In this document: one piece after another, positions 50,141 through 61,126 of the stretch
Numbering within the stretch: position 1 is the first letter of the stretch
How the letters are laid out: each line of letters begins with the position of its first letter
DNA from: Micromonosporaceae bacterium
GTDB lineage: Bacteria; Actinomycetota; Actinomycetes; Mycobacteriales; Micromonosporaceae
NCBI GenBank assembly: GCA_036381835.1
Contig: DASVCA010000025.1
Span: 8,397 to 72,396, forward strand
DNA length: 64,000 bases
Direction of reading: 5' to 3'
The notes under the pieces: model-generated
Seen by the model: the letters and a program-made list of their open reading frames with translations, nothing else
What the model was told of the DNA's origin: nothing
Database searches by the model: none
Program-made: the position numbers and the translations under genes

Positions 50141-52111
50141 GTGACCACAACGCGAAGCAACGACCGCCTGTCCCGTGTGCCCCGGCAAGCCGGGCAGGTG
50201 TCGGAGAAGGAAGCCCGACGAGTCGCGGAGGCGGCCCGGGAGACGGAATGGCGCAAACCGAGCTTCGGTAAGGAACTGTTCCTCGGCCGGCTCCGGATCG
50301 AGTTGCTGGATCCGCTGCCGTCGCCCGATCCGGCGCGCGCCGACCGGGCCGAGGAGTTCCTCGCCCGTCTCGACGCGTACCTCAGCTCCGAAGTGGACGG
50401 GGCGCAGATCGAGCGGGAGGCGTGGATACCCGACGAGGTCTTCCGCGGTCTGGCCAGGATCGGGGCCTTCGGCATGAAGATCGACGAGGAGTACGGCGGA
50501 CTGGGGCTGTCCAACCTGCACTACTGCCGTGCCCTGATGCTGGCCGGCTCGGTCAGCCCGGCGATCGGCGCGCTGCTGTCGGCGCACCAGTCGATCGGCG
50601 TGCCGCAGCCGCTGAAGCTGTTCGGCAGTGCGGAGCAGAAGCAACGGTTCCTGCCCCGGCTCGCCGCGGGCGAGGTGTCGGCCTTTCTGCTCACCGAGCC
50701 GGACGTCGGCTCCGATCCGGCACGTCTGGCAGCGACCGCCGAGCCGACCGAGGACGGTACCGGCTACCGGCTCAACGGGGTCAAGCTGTGGGCGACCAAC
50801 GGCACCGTCGCGACGTTGCTCGTGGTCATGGCCCGGGTGCCGGCCGCAGCGGGACGCCCCGGCGGCATCACGGCGTTCGTGGTCGAAGGCGACTCGCCGG
50901 GCATCACCATCGAGCGGCGCAACGCCTTCCTCGGGCTGCGCGGCATCGAGAACAGCGTCACCCGCTTCCACGACGTGTTCGTCCCCAAGGAGAACGTCAT
51001 CGGCGGCGAGGGGCGCGGTTTGAAGATCGCGTTGACCACGTTGAACACCGGACGGCTCTCCCTGCCGGCCATGTGCGTGGGGGCGGGCAAGTGGTCGCTC
51101 AACGTGGCCCGGCAGTGGGCCGCCGAACGGGTCCAGTGGGGTCGGCCGGTCGGTGAGCATGAGGCGGTGGCCAAGAAGCTGGCCTTCATCGCCGCGTCCA
51201 CGTACGGCATGGAGGCGATGCTCGACCTGTGCTGTCGGCTCGCCGACGACGACCGCAACGACATCCGGATCGAGGCCGCGCTGGTCAAGCTGTACGCCAG
51301 CGAGTTGGCCTGGCAGGTCGCCGACGAACTCGTCCAGATCCGGGGCGGGCGCGGCTACGAGACGGCGGACTCGTCGGCGGCTCGGGGCGAGCGCCCGATC
51401 GCCGTCGAACAGCTGCTGCGCGACCTGCGCATCAACCGGATCTTCGAGGGCTCCACCGAGTTCATGCACCTGCTGATCGCGCGGGAAGCGGTGGACACCC
51501 ATCTGTCCGTCGCCGGGGACATCATCGATCCGGACGTCGGGTGGGGCGGCAAGCTGCGGGCCGGGGCGCGGGCCGCCGCCTTCTACACCCGCTGGCTGCC
51601 GACGCTCGCCCTGGGTCGGGGACGGCTGCCCGGTGCCTATCGCGGGTACGGGGCGCTGGCCCGTCATCTGCGTTACGCGGAGCGGGCCTCCCGCAAGCTG
51701 GCCCGGTCCACCTTTTACGCGATGTCCCGCTGGCAGGGCAGGTTGGAGCGCAAGCAGGCGTTCCTCGGACGGATCGTGGACATCGGCGCGGAACTGTTCG
51801 CGATCTCGGCGGTGTGCGTACGGGCCCGGGCGGAGCGGGCCGAGCGGCCGGAGAGCGTCGAGCTGGCCGACCTGTTCTGCCGGCAGGCGCGGCTGCGGGC
51901 GGAACGGCTGTTCGACGAGCTCTGGACCAACACCGACGAGGTCGACGATGCGGCGGCTCGGCGGGTTCTCGAAGGCCGCTACGCGTTCCTGGAGGCCGGC
52001 GTGGTCACCGCGGACGGGGACCAGCCCTGGGTGGCGACATGGCAGCCGGGTCCGGCGACGGTGCCCGATGTCCGTCGCCGCATCCCGTCGGACCTCGACG
52101 GAGCGGGCTGA
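50141..52111 (+). CDS. acyl-CoA dehydrogenase family protein (long form with C-terminal extension)
   Basis: ACAD N, middle and C-terminal domains (GLGLSNLHYCR..., FLLTEPDVGSDPA, QIRGGRGYE). Confidence 0.88.
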   Translation: MTTTRSNDRLSRVPRQAGQVSEKEARRVAEAARETEWRKPSFGKELFLGRLRIELLDPLPSPDPARADRAEEFLARLDAYLSSEVDGAQIEREAWIPDEVFRGLARIGAFGMKIDEEYGGLGLSNLHYCRALMLAGSVSPAIGALLSAHQSIGVPQPLKLFGSAEQKQRFLPRLAAGEVSAFLLTEPDVGSDPARLAATAEPTEDGTGYRLNGVKLWATNGTVATLLVVMARVPAAAGRPGGITAFVVEGDSPGITIERRNAFLGLRGIENSVTRFHDVFVPKENVIGGEGRGLKIALTTLNTGRLSLPAMCVGAGKWSLNVARQWAAERVQWGRPVGEHEAVAKKLAFIAASTYGMEAMLDLCCRLADDDRNDIRIEAALVKLYASELAWQVADELVQIRGGRGYETADSSAARGERPIAVEQLLRDLRINRIFEGSTEFMHLLIAREAVDTHLSVAGDIIDPDVGWGGKLRAGARAAAFYTRWLPTLALGRGRLPGAYRGYGALARHLRYAERASRKLARSTFYAMSRWQGRLERKQAFLGRIVDIGAELFAISAVCVRARAERAERPESVELADLFCRQARLRAERLFDELWTNTDEVDDAAARRVLEGRYAFLEAGVVTADGDQPWVATWQPGPATVPDVRRRIPSDLDGAG

Positions 52112-52495
52112 TCAGGCGGCGCAGGCTGGGCAGACGCCGAGGATCTCCAGGGTGTGGTGGACATCGGTGTATCCGTGCTGCCTCGCCACCGCGTCCGCCC
52201 ATGCCTCCACGGCGGGTTCCTCGACCTCCACGGTCGCGCCGCAGGACCGGCACACCAGATGGTGGTGATGCTGACTCTTGCTGCACCGTCGGTAGCGGTG
52301 CTCGCCGCTCGGCAGGCGCATCACGTCGATCTCGCCCGCGTCGGCCATCCCCTGCAAGGTCCGGTAGACGGTGGTCAACCCCACCCGGGCACCCCGGTCG
52401 CGCAGCATCGCGTGCAGCTCCTGCGCGCTGTGGAAGCCTGCCACCTCGCCGAGCAGGGCGTTCACCGCGGCACGCTGCCGGGTGTTGCGGGGCAT
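52112..52495 (-). CDS. zur: Fur family transcriptional regulator, zinc uptake regulator
   Basis: Winged-helix N-terminus, HHHHLVCRSCG...CPAC metal sites, and genomic context with smtB and znuACB. ATG at 52495. Confidence 0.85.
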   Translation of the reverse strand: MPRNTRQRAAVNALLGEVAGFHSAQELHAMLRDRGARVGLTTVYRTLQGMADAGEIDVMRLPSGEHRYRRCSKSQHHHHLVCRSCGATVEVEEPAVEAWADAVARQHGYTDVHHTLEILGVCPACAA

Positions 52496-52521
52496 GGGCG
52501 GTTCGGCCGCCGAACGTTCCG

Positions 52522-52821
52522 TCAACGGAGCTCCCGAACGTGGTTGACCGCGTCGGCGACGATGTGGGCGATGTGGTCGTCGACCAGGGAGTAGGCGATC
52601 TCCCGGCCGCGTCTGGTGCCTTTCACCACGCCGGCTCCGCGCAGTACCCGCAGGTGCTGGGAGACCAGTGGCTGCGCCACGCCGAGCCGTTCCACCAGCT
52701 CGTGCACGCAGCGCTCGCCGTCGGCGAGTTCGGTGACGATCGCGACCCGGATCGGTGCCGACAGGGCTCGCAGCAGCTCGCCGGCCTCCTGGTACGCGGC
52801 AAAGCCGTTTGTGCCAGCCAT
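52522..52821 (-). CDS. ArsR/SmtB family metalloregulator
   Basis: LRALSAPIRVAIVTELADGERCVHELVERLGVAQPLVSQHLRVLRGAGVV (HTH with CVH motif). Confidence 0.88.
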   Translation of the reverse strand: MAGTNGFAAYQEAGELLRALSAPIRVAIVTELADGERCVHELVERLGVAQPLVSQHLRVLRGAGVVKGTRRGREIAYSLVDDHIAHIVADAVNHVRELR

Positions 52822-52839
52822 GTTGCAACGATAACCAGT

Positions 52840-53724
52840 TCAGTTCTGCTGCGCCGTCTCGGCGAGCATCACCTCGGCGGGCTCCGGCGTGATCGGGTGC
52901 GGCGGCGCGGACCGCCGGCGGATCGCCCGTAGCCGGCCGCGACCGACCACGACCGCCAGGAACCCGGCGATCGCGAGCACCACGATGGTGGCGCCCGGTG
53001 CCGTGTCCGCGGTGGCCGCCAGCCACATGCCGGCCGCGGCGACGAGCACGCCCAGCCCCATCGCCAGCGCCATCGTGCTGCGAAAGCCGCGGCTGATCTG
53101 CTCGGCGGTGGCGACCGGCACCACCATCAGCGCGCTGATCAGCAACAGGCCGACCGTGCGCATGGCGATCGTCACGGTGACCGCGGTGGCCGCGGCGAGC
53201 AGCAGGTTGAGCGCCCGCACCGGGAGGCCGGACACCCGCGCGTGCTCCTCGTCGTGGCAGACCGCGAACAGCGCCGGGCGCAACAGGATCATCGTGGCCA
53301 GCACCGTCGCGCCCAGCACTCCGATCGTGATCAGATCGGTCCCGGAGGTGGTGGTGAGCGCCCCGAACAGGTACGACGTCAACGCCGCGCTGCTGCTGTC
53401 GGAGAGCCCGACGAGCAGCACGCCGCCGGCGATGCCGCCGTAGAAGAGAATGGCCAGGGCCAGGTCGCCGGAGGTGCGTCCGCGCTCGCGGATCAGTTCG
53501 ACGACGACCGCGCCGAGCACGGCGGCGATGACCGCGCCGAGCACGGGGGAGCGGTGGAACAGCAGGCCGATCCCGACGCCGGTCAGCGCTATGTGCCCCA
53601 CCCCGTCGCCGATCAGCGACATCCGCCGCTGCACCAGGTAGATCCCGATGGCCGGAGCGGTGAGGCCGATGATCAACGCGCCGATCAGCGCGCGAATCAT
53701 GAAGTCGTACTGGAAGAGACTCAT
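52840..53724 (-). CDS. znuB: metal ABC transporter permease (ZnuB-like)
   Basis: ABC-3 family membrane protein. ATGA overlap with znuC. Confidence 0.85.
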   Translation of the reverse strand: MSLFQYDFMIRALIGALIIGLTAPAIGIYLVQRRMSLIGDGVGHIALTGVGIGLLFHRSPVLGAVIAAVLGAVVVELIRERGRTSGDLALAILFYGGIAGGVLLVGLSDSSSAALTSYLFGALTTTSGTDLITIGVLGATVLATMILLRPALFAVCHDEEHARVSGLPVRALNLLLAAATAVTVTIAMRTVGLLLISALMVVPVATAEQISRGFRSTMALAMGLGVLVAAAGMWLAATADTAPGATIVVLAIAGFLAVVVGRGRLRAIRRRSAPPHPITPEPAEVMLAETAQQN

Positions 53725-54512
53725 CGGCTCCACATCCCCGGCGGCTGTTCGGGCCCGTGCGGATGCACATGGTCGTGACCGGGCTCGGCGTGATGTCCCA
53801 CCGGGGCCGGCACCGGGCCGTCGTGGGCGATCCGTCCCTCGTGCACGACGAGGGCCCGGCTGACCAACGGCTGCAGCGGGCCGAGCTCGTGGGCGACCAG
53901 CAGGACCGTGCCGCCCGGTCGTCCCGGCGCGGTGCCGTTGCCGCCGGTCCCGGCGAGGAAGTCCCGCAGCGCCGCCGCGAACGCCTCCTGGCTGGCGGCG
54001 TCCACGCCTGCGGTCGGTTCGTCGAGGACGAGCAGCTCCGGTTCGCCGGCCAGCGCCCGGGCGATGAGGACTCGCTGCTGCTGGCCCCCGGAGAGGGTGG
54101 ACACCGGCTCGTCGGCGCGCTCGCTGAGCCCGACCGCCCGCAGTGCCGCGGCGACCGCCGCTCGATCGGTCGAGCGTGCCGGGCGGAGCAGCCCGCGCCG
54201 GCTGAGCCGTCCGGCGGCGACGACTTCGGCGACCGTGGCGGGCACCCCGCTGCCCGCGCCGAGACGTTGGGGCACGTAGCCGATGCGGGACCACTGCCGG
54301 AAGCGGCGCAGCGGAGTGCCGAACAGGGCCACCGAACCGGCGGTGAGCGGGACGAGGCCGAGGATGGCCCGGACGAGCGTCGACTTGCCCGAACCGTTCG
54401 TGCCGAGCACCGCGACCACTTCGCCGGGGGACACGGTCACCGACACGCCGCGCAGCACGCCCCGGTTGCCGTAGCCGACGGATCCGTCCACGACCTCGAT
54501 CACCGGTGTCAT
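53721..54512 (-). CDS. znuC: metal ABC transporter ATP-binding protein (ZnuC-like)
   Basis: GTNGSGKSTL, LSGGQQQRVLIARAL, LVLDEP. ATGA overlap with the znuA stop. Confidence 0.88.
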   Translation of the reverse strand: MTPVIEVVDGSVGYGNRGVLRGVSVTVSPGEVVAVLGTNGSGKSTLVRAILGLVPLTAGSVALFGTPLRRFRQWSRIGYVPQRLGAGSGVPATVAEVVAAGRLSRRGLLRPARSTDRAAVAAALRAVGLSERADEPVSTLSGGQQQRVLIARALAGEPELLVLDEPTAGVDAASQEAFAAALRDFLAGTGGNGTAPGRPGGTVLLVAHELGPLQPLVSRALVVHEGRIAHDGPVPAPVGHHAEPGHDHVHPHGPEQPPGMWSR

Positions 54513-55432
54513 GAGCACCCCAGGGCGGACTTCAGCGCGGCTAGGTTGGTCCGCATCAGCGCGAGGTAGTCCGCGCCGGGCGTCGGTCCTTCGATCGGAT
54601 CGAGCACCGCTGTCTGCGCGCCGACCTCCCGGGCGATGGTCTCGGCGACCTTCGGACTGGCCAGGGTCTCGAAGAAGATCGTGGTGGCACCGTGCGCCTT
54701 GGCCTCCTCGACGACTTCGGCGAGTTGCTGTGGCGCGGGGTCGTCATCCGGGGTCAGTCCGCTGACGGCGATCTGCTCCAGCCCGTACCGATCGGCGAGG
54801 TAGCCGAACGCGGCGTGACTGACCACGATCTCCCGCCGCCGGCAGGTGCCGAGACCGTCGCGGTACTCGCGGTCGAGCGTCTCCAGTTCGTCGCGCAGCG
54901 CCGCGGCCCGTGCGCGGTAGCCGTCGGCGCGGTCGGGATCGGTCTCGGCGAGGCGTTCGGCCAGGCGGTCCCCGACGGTGGCCAACCGGACCGGGTCCAA
55001 CCAGACGTGTGGATCCTTACCGCTGTCGTGCCGGTGTTCGTCCGCCTCGTCGTGCCGGTGGGCGCCGGCCGCCGCGTCCAGCAGCGGGACCACCTCGGCC
55101 ACGTCGAACCCCCGGTCGCCGCCCTCCTGCGCCACCGCCTCGTCAACGGCGGGTTGGAAGCCGCTCAGATAGACGATCAGGTCTGCCTTGCTGATCTGGC
55201 CGACCTGCCCCGGGTTGAGTTCCACGTCGTGCGGCTCCGCGCCCGGCTTGGCCAACGCCGTGACGCGCACGGCGTCACCGCCGACGCGTTCGGCGACGAA
55301 CTGCAGCGGGTAGGCGGCGGCGACCACGTCGACCCGGCCGTCGTCAGGCCCGTCGGTGGTGCAGCTCGCCACACCGATCAGGGCGAGGGCGGCGGTCGCG
55401 GTGGCGAAGGTGCGCAATGCGGTTCGACCCAT
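54509..55432 (-). CDS. znuA: metal ABC transporter substrate-binding lipoprotein (ZnuA-like)
   Basis: Lipobox IGVASC, His/Asp-rich loop GAHRHDEADEHRHDSGKDPH, and the HVWLDP motif. Confidence 0.88.
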   Translation of the reverse strand: MGRTALRTFATATAALALIGVASCTTDGPDDGRVDVVAAAYPLQFVAERVGGDAVRVTALAKPGAEPHDVELNPGQVGQISKADLIVYLSGFQPAVDEAVAQEGGDRGFDVAEVVPLLDAAAGAHRHDEADEHRHDSGKDPHVWLDPVRLATVGDRLAERLAETDPDRADGYRARAAALRDELETLDREYRDGLGTCRRREIVVSHAAFGYLADRYGLEQIAVSGLTPDDDPAPQQLAEVVEEAKAHGATTIFFETLASPKVAETIAREVGAQTAVLDPIEGPTPGADYLALMRTNLAALKSALGCS

Positions 55433-55451
55433 GGGTCAACTGTGCGCGTTA

Positions 55452-55468
55452 TTGATAATGATTGTCAA
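55452..55468. promoter_or_regulatory. Zur box-like operator upstream of znuA
   Basis: AT-rich 8-1-8 palindrome TTGATAAT-G-ATTGTCAA (one mismatch), 20-36 nt upstream of the znuA ATG, in otherwise GC-rich DNA. Confidence 0.7.
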
Positions 55469-55505
55469 AAGCGCATGGTTGCATGGGCGGGCGTCGGCGT
55501 GCCGG

Positions 55506-55763
55506 TCAGAAGATCTTGGCGAGGGCCACCGCCGCCAGCGCGGTCACCATCACCAGCCGCAGCATCCGGGTGTGCGGTGCCTGCACCGGCCAGGTCGTCA
55601 CCAGCAGCACCGCCAGGCCCGCGGCGAGCGCGAACAGCACCACGCCACCGATCACGCCGGGAGCGAAGAGCCCGACCAGGACCAGCGCCAAGGCGGCGAG
55701 AAAGGCGGCCGTCGGATTGATCCGGGCCAAGCGGGACAGAAGCGGGTGCTGCGTACGCTGCAT
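55506..55763 (-). CDS. small hypothetical membrane protein
   Basis: 85 aa with three hydrophobic helices. ATG at 55763. Confidence 0.5.
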   Translation of the reverse strand: MQRTQHPLLSRLARINPTAAFLAALALVLVGLFAPGVIGGVVLFALAAGLAVLLVTTWPVQAPHTRMLRLVMVTALAAVALAKIF

Positions 55764-55802
55764 ACCGGGTGACTGTACGAGACCGGCCGAAGGAGGCGTC
55801 AC

Positions 55803-56153
55803 GTGCTGGTGATGAACCGGTTCGCCGTCGCGGAGTCCGACGCGGCGGCGTTCGTCGAGCGGGCCCACGCGGCGCTAGCCGCGCTCGCCGCCCGTCCCGG
55901 CTACCAGCGCGGGCGGCTCACCCGTGCGCTGGACGACCCCACCTGCTGGTGCCTGGTGACCGAATGGGAGTCGGTCGGCGCCTACCGTCGAGCGCTCGGC
56001 GCGTTCGAGGTCAAGGTCCAGGCCACGCCCCTGCTCGCCGAATCGGTCGACGAACCGTCCGCGTACGAGGTGCTGGCCGGTGCCCTGCCCGGAGGCGACG
56101 TGACCGTATTGCCCAGCGATCGTGCGCCGGGTCCCGGTCGAGGCGTCGGTTAG
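55803..56153 (+). CDS. antibiotic biosynthesis monooxygenase (ABM) domain protein
   Basis: Ferredoxin-like ABM pattern (MNRFAV...FVERA...PGYQRGRL...WCLVTEWESVGAYRRAL). The GTG at 55803 is 6 nt after AGGAGG. Confidence 0.7.
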   Translation: MLVMNRFAVAESDAAAFVERAHAALAALAARPGYQRGRLTRALDDPTCWCLVTEWESVGAYRRALGAFEVKVQATPLLAESVDEPSAYEVLAGALPGGDVTVLPSDRAPGPGRGVG

Positions 56154-56170
56154 CCACTAACCTAGCCACC

Positions 56171-56734
56171 ATGACCATTCCCGGACCGGCCGGATCGCCG
56201 CCACCCGCCGTACCCCTCGGTGGTCCGCCGGCCCCCGGCCCGGACGTTCCGTCGCCGCCTGCCGGTCCCGGCGTACGACCGCCGTTCGCGGCTCCGCCGA
56301 TCGAGGGCCGCGCGACCCGGCTGTGGCTCGGGATCAGCACCGCCCTGCTCGCCGTCGTGCTGATCTGCGGCGGGGGTGGAACGCTACTGATCGGGTTGAA
56401 CATCGTCGCCGGCCGGGCGCTGCAGGAGCAGGCTCGGGTGGTCGTCGGCGACTACCTCGACGCGGTCTCCCAGGACCGGTTCACGGACGCGTACGCGCTG
56501 CTCTGCGACGAGCGGCAGCAACAGGAGTCCCGGCCGGCCTTCGAACGGCGGGTGCGCGCCGAGCCCGAGATCGTCGACTACCGGGTGGGTGAGCCGCGGA
56601 TCAGCGGCCAGACGGAACTCGTCGTCGACACACCCGTCGAGGTCACCTACCCCGGCGGGGGCCGCGACACCCTGGAGTTCCGCCTGGTTCAGGACCGCGA
56701 CACCGGGGACCTGGAAATCTGCGAGATCGGCTGA
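56171..56734 (+). CDS. proline-rich membrane-anchored hypothetical protein
   Basis: P-rich N-terminus, one TM helix (LWLGISTALLAVVLICGGGGTLLIGL) and a small C-terminal domain. ATG at 56171. Confidence 0.55.
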   Translation: MTIPGPAGSPPPAVPLGGPPAPGPDVPSPPAGPGVRPPFAAPPIEGRATRLWLGISTALLAVVLICGGGGTLLIGLNIVAGRALQEQARVVVGDYLDAVSQDRFTDAYALLCDERQQQESRPAFERRVRAEPEIVDYRVGEPRISGQTELVVDTPVEVTYPGGGRDTLEFRLVQDRDTGDLEICEIG

Positions 56735-56906
56735 CCCCGGCCCGCCGATCCGGGGCGACGAGGTGCCGAAAGGCGCGCACCGACCCGGAGGTAATCTGCT
56801 GGGCCTGGGCCCATGGGCGTCGTACCGTTGGTCCTGCCGTCAGGCGATCTGTCCGCAACATCCGCGACCTGTCCCCGCCGGCCGCCAGCCGGCGTAGGAG
56901 GAGATC

Positions 56907-58286
<1,380 letters not shown>

Positions 58287-58292
58287 CCGGCT

Positions 58293-59480
58293 GTGAGCCG
58301 TAGCGCGACGTCCACCGATCGGGTCCCGGCCGCCACCGGCGGCCCGGGTGCCGTGCGACCGGCGCTCACCCTCGGGCCGCACCGGGTGTGGCCGCCGGTG
58401 GTCCTCGCCCCGATGGCCGGGATCACCAACGTGGCGTTCCGACGCCTGTGTCGCGAGCAGGGCGGCGGCCTGTACGTCTGCGAGATGGTCACCACCCGGG
58501 CGCTGGTCGAGCGGAACCCGAAGACGCTGCGCATGGTCACCTTCGCCGGGGACGAGCGTCCCCGCAGCCTGCAGCTCTACGGTGTCGACCCGGGAACGAC
58601 GGCGGCCGCGGTACGGATGGTGGTCGAGGAGGGGCTCGCCGACCACATCGACCTCAACTTCGGCTGCCCGGTGCCGAAGGTGACCCGCCGAGGCGGGGGC
58701 GCGGCGCTCCCCTGGCGACGCCGGCTGTTCGCACGTATCGTCCGGGCGGCCGTGGCGGCCGCGGCACCGGCCGGCGTACCGGTGACCGTGAAGATGCGCA
58801 AGGGCATCGACGACGACCATCTGACCTACCTGGAGGCGGGACGCATCGCGCAGGACGCCGGGGTCGCCGCGGTCGCGCTGCACGGCCGGACCGCCGCCCA
58901 ACGCTACTCGGGCAGCGCGGACTGGGACGCGATCGCGGAGCTCAAACGGGCGCTTGACATCCCGGTGCTGGGCAACGGCGACATCTGGGAGGCCGACGAC
59001 GCGCTGCGGATGCTCGCCCATACCGGAGCCGACGGCGTGGTGGTCGGCCGCGGCTGCCTCGGCCGACCCTGGCTGTTCGCCGACCTGCAAGCCGCGTTCA
59101 CCGGTCGAGACGACCGGGCGCTGCCGAACCTCGGCGAGGTGGCCCGGGTGCTGCGTCGCCACGCCGAGCTGCTGGTCGAGTGGCTCGGATCCGACCGGGA
59201 GGGCTGCACGGACCTGCGCAAACATGTCGCCTGGTATCTGAAGGGGTTCCCGGTCGGTGCCGAGCTGCGCCGGGCGCTGGCGATGGTCTCGTCCCTCGCG
59301 GAGTTGGACGACCTGCTCGGCAAGCTCGACCCGGCGCTGCCGTATCCGAGGGAGATCCTCGGGCAGCCGCGCGGCCGGACGAACTCGCCGGGCAAGGTCT
59401 ACCTGCCGGACGGCTGGTTGGCCGACCGCGACGCCGACGGTGTGCCGGAGGGTGCCGAGCTCGACGAGTCCGGCGGCTGA
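58293..59480 (+). CDS. dus: tRNA-dihydrouridine synthase
   Basis: VVLAPMAGITNVAFRRLCRE..., NFGCPVPKV, HGRTAAQRYSGSADW. Confidence 0.9.
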   Translation: MSRSATSTDRVPAATGGPGAVRPALTLGPHRVWPPVVLAPMAGITNVAFRRLCREQGGGLYVCEMVTTRALVERNPKTLRMVTFAGDERPRSLQLYGVDPGTTAAAVRMVVEEGLADHIDLNFGCPVPKVTRRGGGAALPWRRRLFARIVRAAVAAAAPAGVPVTVKMRKGIDDDHLTYLEAGRIAQDAGVAAVALHGRTAAQRYSGSADWDAIAELKRALDIPVLGNGDIWEADDALRMLAHTGADGVVVGRGCLGRPWLFADLQAAFTGRDDRALPNLGEVARVLRRHAELLVEWLGSDREGCTDLRKHVAWYLKGFPVGAELRRALAMVSSLAELDDLLGKLDPALPYPREILGQPRGRTNSPGKVYLPDGWLADRDADGVPEGAELDESGG

Positions 59481-61126
59481 GCAGCGGCGCGCCCGGTCGG
59501 CGTGTCCGGTCGGCTGCCCTGGGCGGGCACCTCGGCGGCCGGTGCTCGCGTACCCGACATCGGCCACGGGATCTGCGGCGACGGGTGGAAGGCGATACCG
59601 GCGTTGACCCAGCGGGGTGCGTGCGTGGCCAGGCGGTGCCGGAAGTCGTCCCAGTCATGGGCGGCGGCGGGGGACCAGCCGAGCTCGGCGATGGCGGGCA
59701 GCCGTGGGAACGTCAGGTACTCGGCCTCGGCCAGGGTGGTGACGGTCTCGGTCCAGAGCGGAGCCTCGACCCCGAGCACCGCGGCGGCGGGGACGTCGAT
59801 CAGGTAGGCAGCGGGATCCCAGTCGTACGCCTCGCGCACGTCGACGCAGCCGGCCCAGTCCTTACCGAGCCGGGTCTGCGGCGTGTACTTCATATCGAGG
59901 TACGTCCGGTTACCCGGGGACAGTACGACGCGGGCACCCCGTCGTACCGCTTCGGCGACCGAGGGGTCCTCCGGAGAGGTCCCCCAGAACTGCAGCACCC
60001 GCCCGGGCACGTGATCGGCGACGGCGAGCTGGTGCCAGCCCATCACCGTCTTCCCGGTCTCCGCGACGATCGCCTGGGCGCGATTCATGAACGCCGTGTA
60101 CTCCTCCCGGGTCAGCGTCCACGCCTCGTCGCCCCCGATGTGCAGGTAGGGGCCGGGAGTGCGGGCGGCGATCTCGGCGATCACGTCGGCGACGAAGCCG
60201 TAGGTCGGTTCCCGGTCCACGGCGAGGGCGCTGAAGCCGACGTCGGTTCCGAGGTACGGCGGTGGGGCCACCCCGTCTCGGGTGAGGTCCGGATAGGCGG
60301 TGAGGGCGGCGTTGACGTGTCCGGGCATGTCGATCTCGGGGACGACGGTGATGTGTCGTGCCGCCGCATACGTCACGATCTCTGCGTACTGCTGCGCGGT
60401 GTAGTAGCCGCCGGGCCCGCCGCCGACCTCGCCGGCACCGCCGATCGTGGCCAGCTTCGGCCAGCTCTCGACGGCGATTCGCCAGCCCTGGTCGTCGGTG
60501 AGGTGCAGGTGCAGGTGATTGATCTTGTAATGGGCGAGTTCGTCGACGTAGCGCTTGACGGCGGGGACCGGGAAGAAGTGCCGAGCCACGTCGAGCATGG
60601 CGCCCCGGTACGCGAAGCGCGGGTAGTCGAGGATCCGTCCGCCCGGTGCGGTCCACGGCCCGGGCTGGACCCGCGGGCGTTCGATGGCGGCCGGCAGGAG
60701 CTGCCGCAGGGTCTGTACGCCGTTGAAGAGACCGTGATCGGTGCGGGCACGCAGCGCCACGCCGGCGGCGCCGACCTCGAGTTCGTACCCCTCGGTGCCG
60801 ACTGCGGGGTCGGCACCGGTCAGCCGCAGCGCGATCGCTGCCGGCCGGGGCGGGCTCGCGGCGCCGGACACCACCGGCAGCGGGTAGCCGGTGGCGGGGC
60901 GCAGCAGCTCGGCCAGGTATCGGCCGACCCGGGCCGCCTCCGTGTCGACCGCGATCACCGTCTCGGCGGACAGGTGGTACGTCTCGCCGGTCGGGTGGAC
61001 CGCGACCGGGGCCGGGACCAGGCCGGCGAGTCGGGTGGCGGGCGGATCGGGGGCGGAACGTGGTCGAGGGGTGAGTGGTCGTTCGTCGGGGCGGGTAATC
61101 GCCTCGTCCCACGGAGGGGAGTCCAT
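59399..61126 (-). CDS. beta-N-acetylhexosaminidase (glycoside hydrolase family 20)
   Basis: HLHLTDDQGWRI and the HIGGDEA catalytic D-E pair. The C-terminal ~55 aa are a low-complexity tail overlapping dus. Confidence 0.88.
   Translation of the reverse strand: MDSPPWDEAITRPDERPLTPRPRSAPDPPATRLAGLVPAPVAVHPTGETYHLSAETVIAVDTEAARVGRYLAELLRPATGYPLPVVSGAASPPRPAAIALRLTGADPAVGTEGYELEVGAAGVALRARTDHGLFNGVQTLRQLLPAAIERPRVQPGPWTAPGGRILDYPRFAYRGAMLDVARHFFPVPAVKRYVDELAHYKINHLHLHLTDDQGWRIAVESWPKLATIGGAGEVGGGPGGYYTAQQYAEIVTYAAARHITVVPEIDMPGHVNAALTAYPDLTRDGVAPPPYLGTDVGFSALAVDREPTYGFVADVIAEIAARTPGPYLHIGGDEAWTLTREEYTAFMNRAQAIVAETGKTVMGWHQLAVADHVPGRVLQFWGTSPEDPSVAEAVRRGARVVLSPGNRTYLDMKYTPQTRLGKDWAGCVDVREAYDWDPAAYLIDVPAAAVLGVEAPLWTETVTTLAEAEYLTFPRLPAIAELGWSPAAAHDWDDFRHRLATHAPRWVNAGIAFHPSPQIPWPMSGTRAPAAEVPAQGSRPDTPTGRAAAQPPDSSSSAPSGTPSASRSANQPSGR

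Noticed and set aside
56735-56906. Possible T-box leader upstream of glyQS.
   Set aside because: I could find no T-box consensus (AAUUAGGGUGGUACCGCG-like) and no specifier-loop arrangement. There is only a short CCCCGG/CCGGGG hairpin after the upstream gene.
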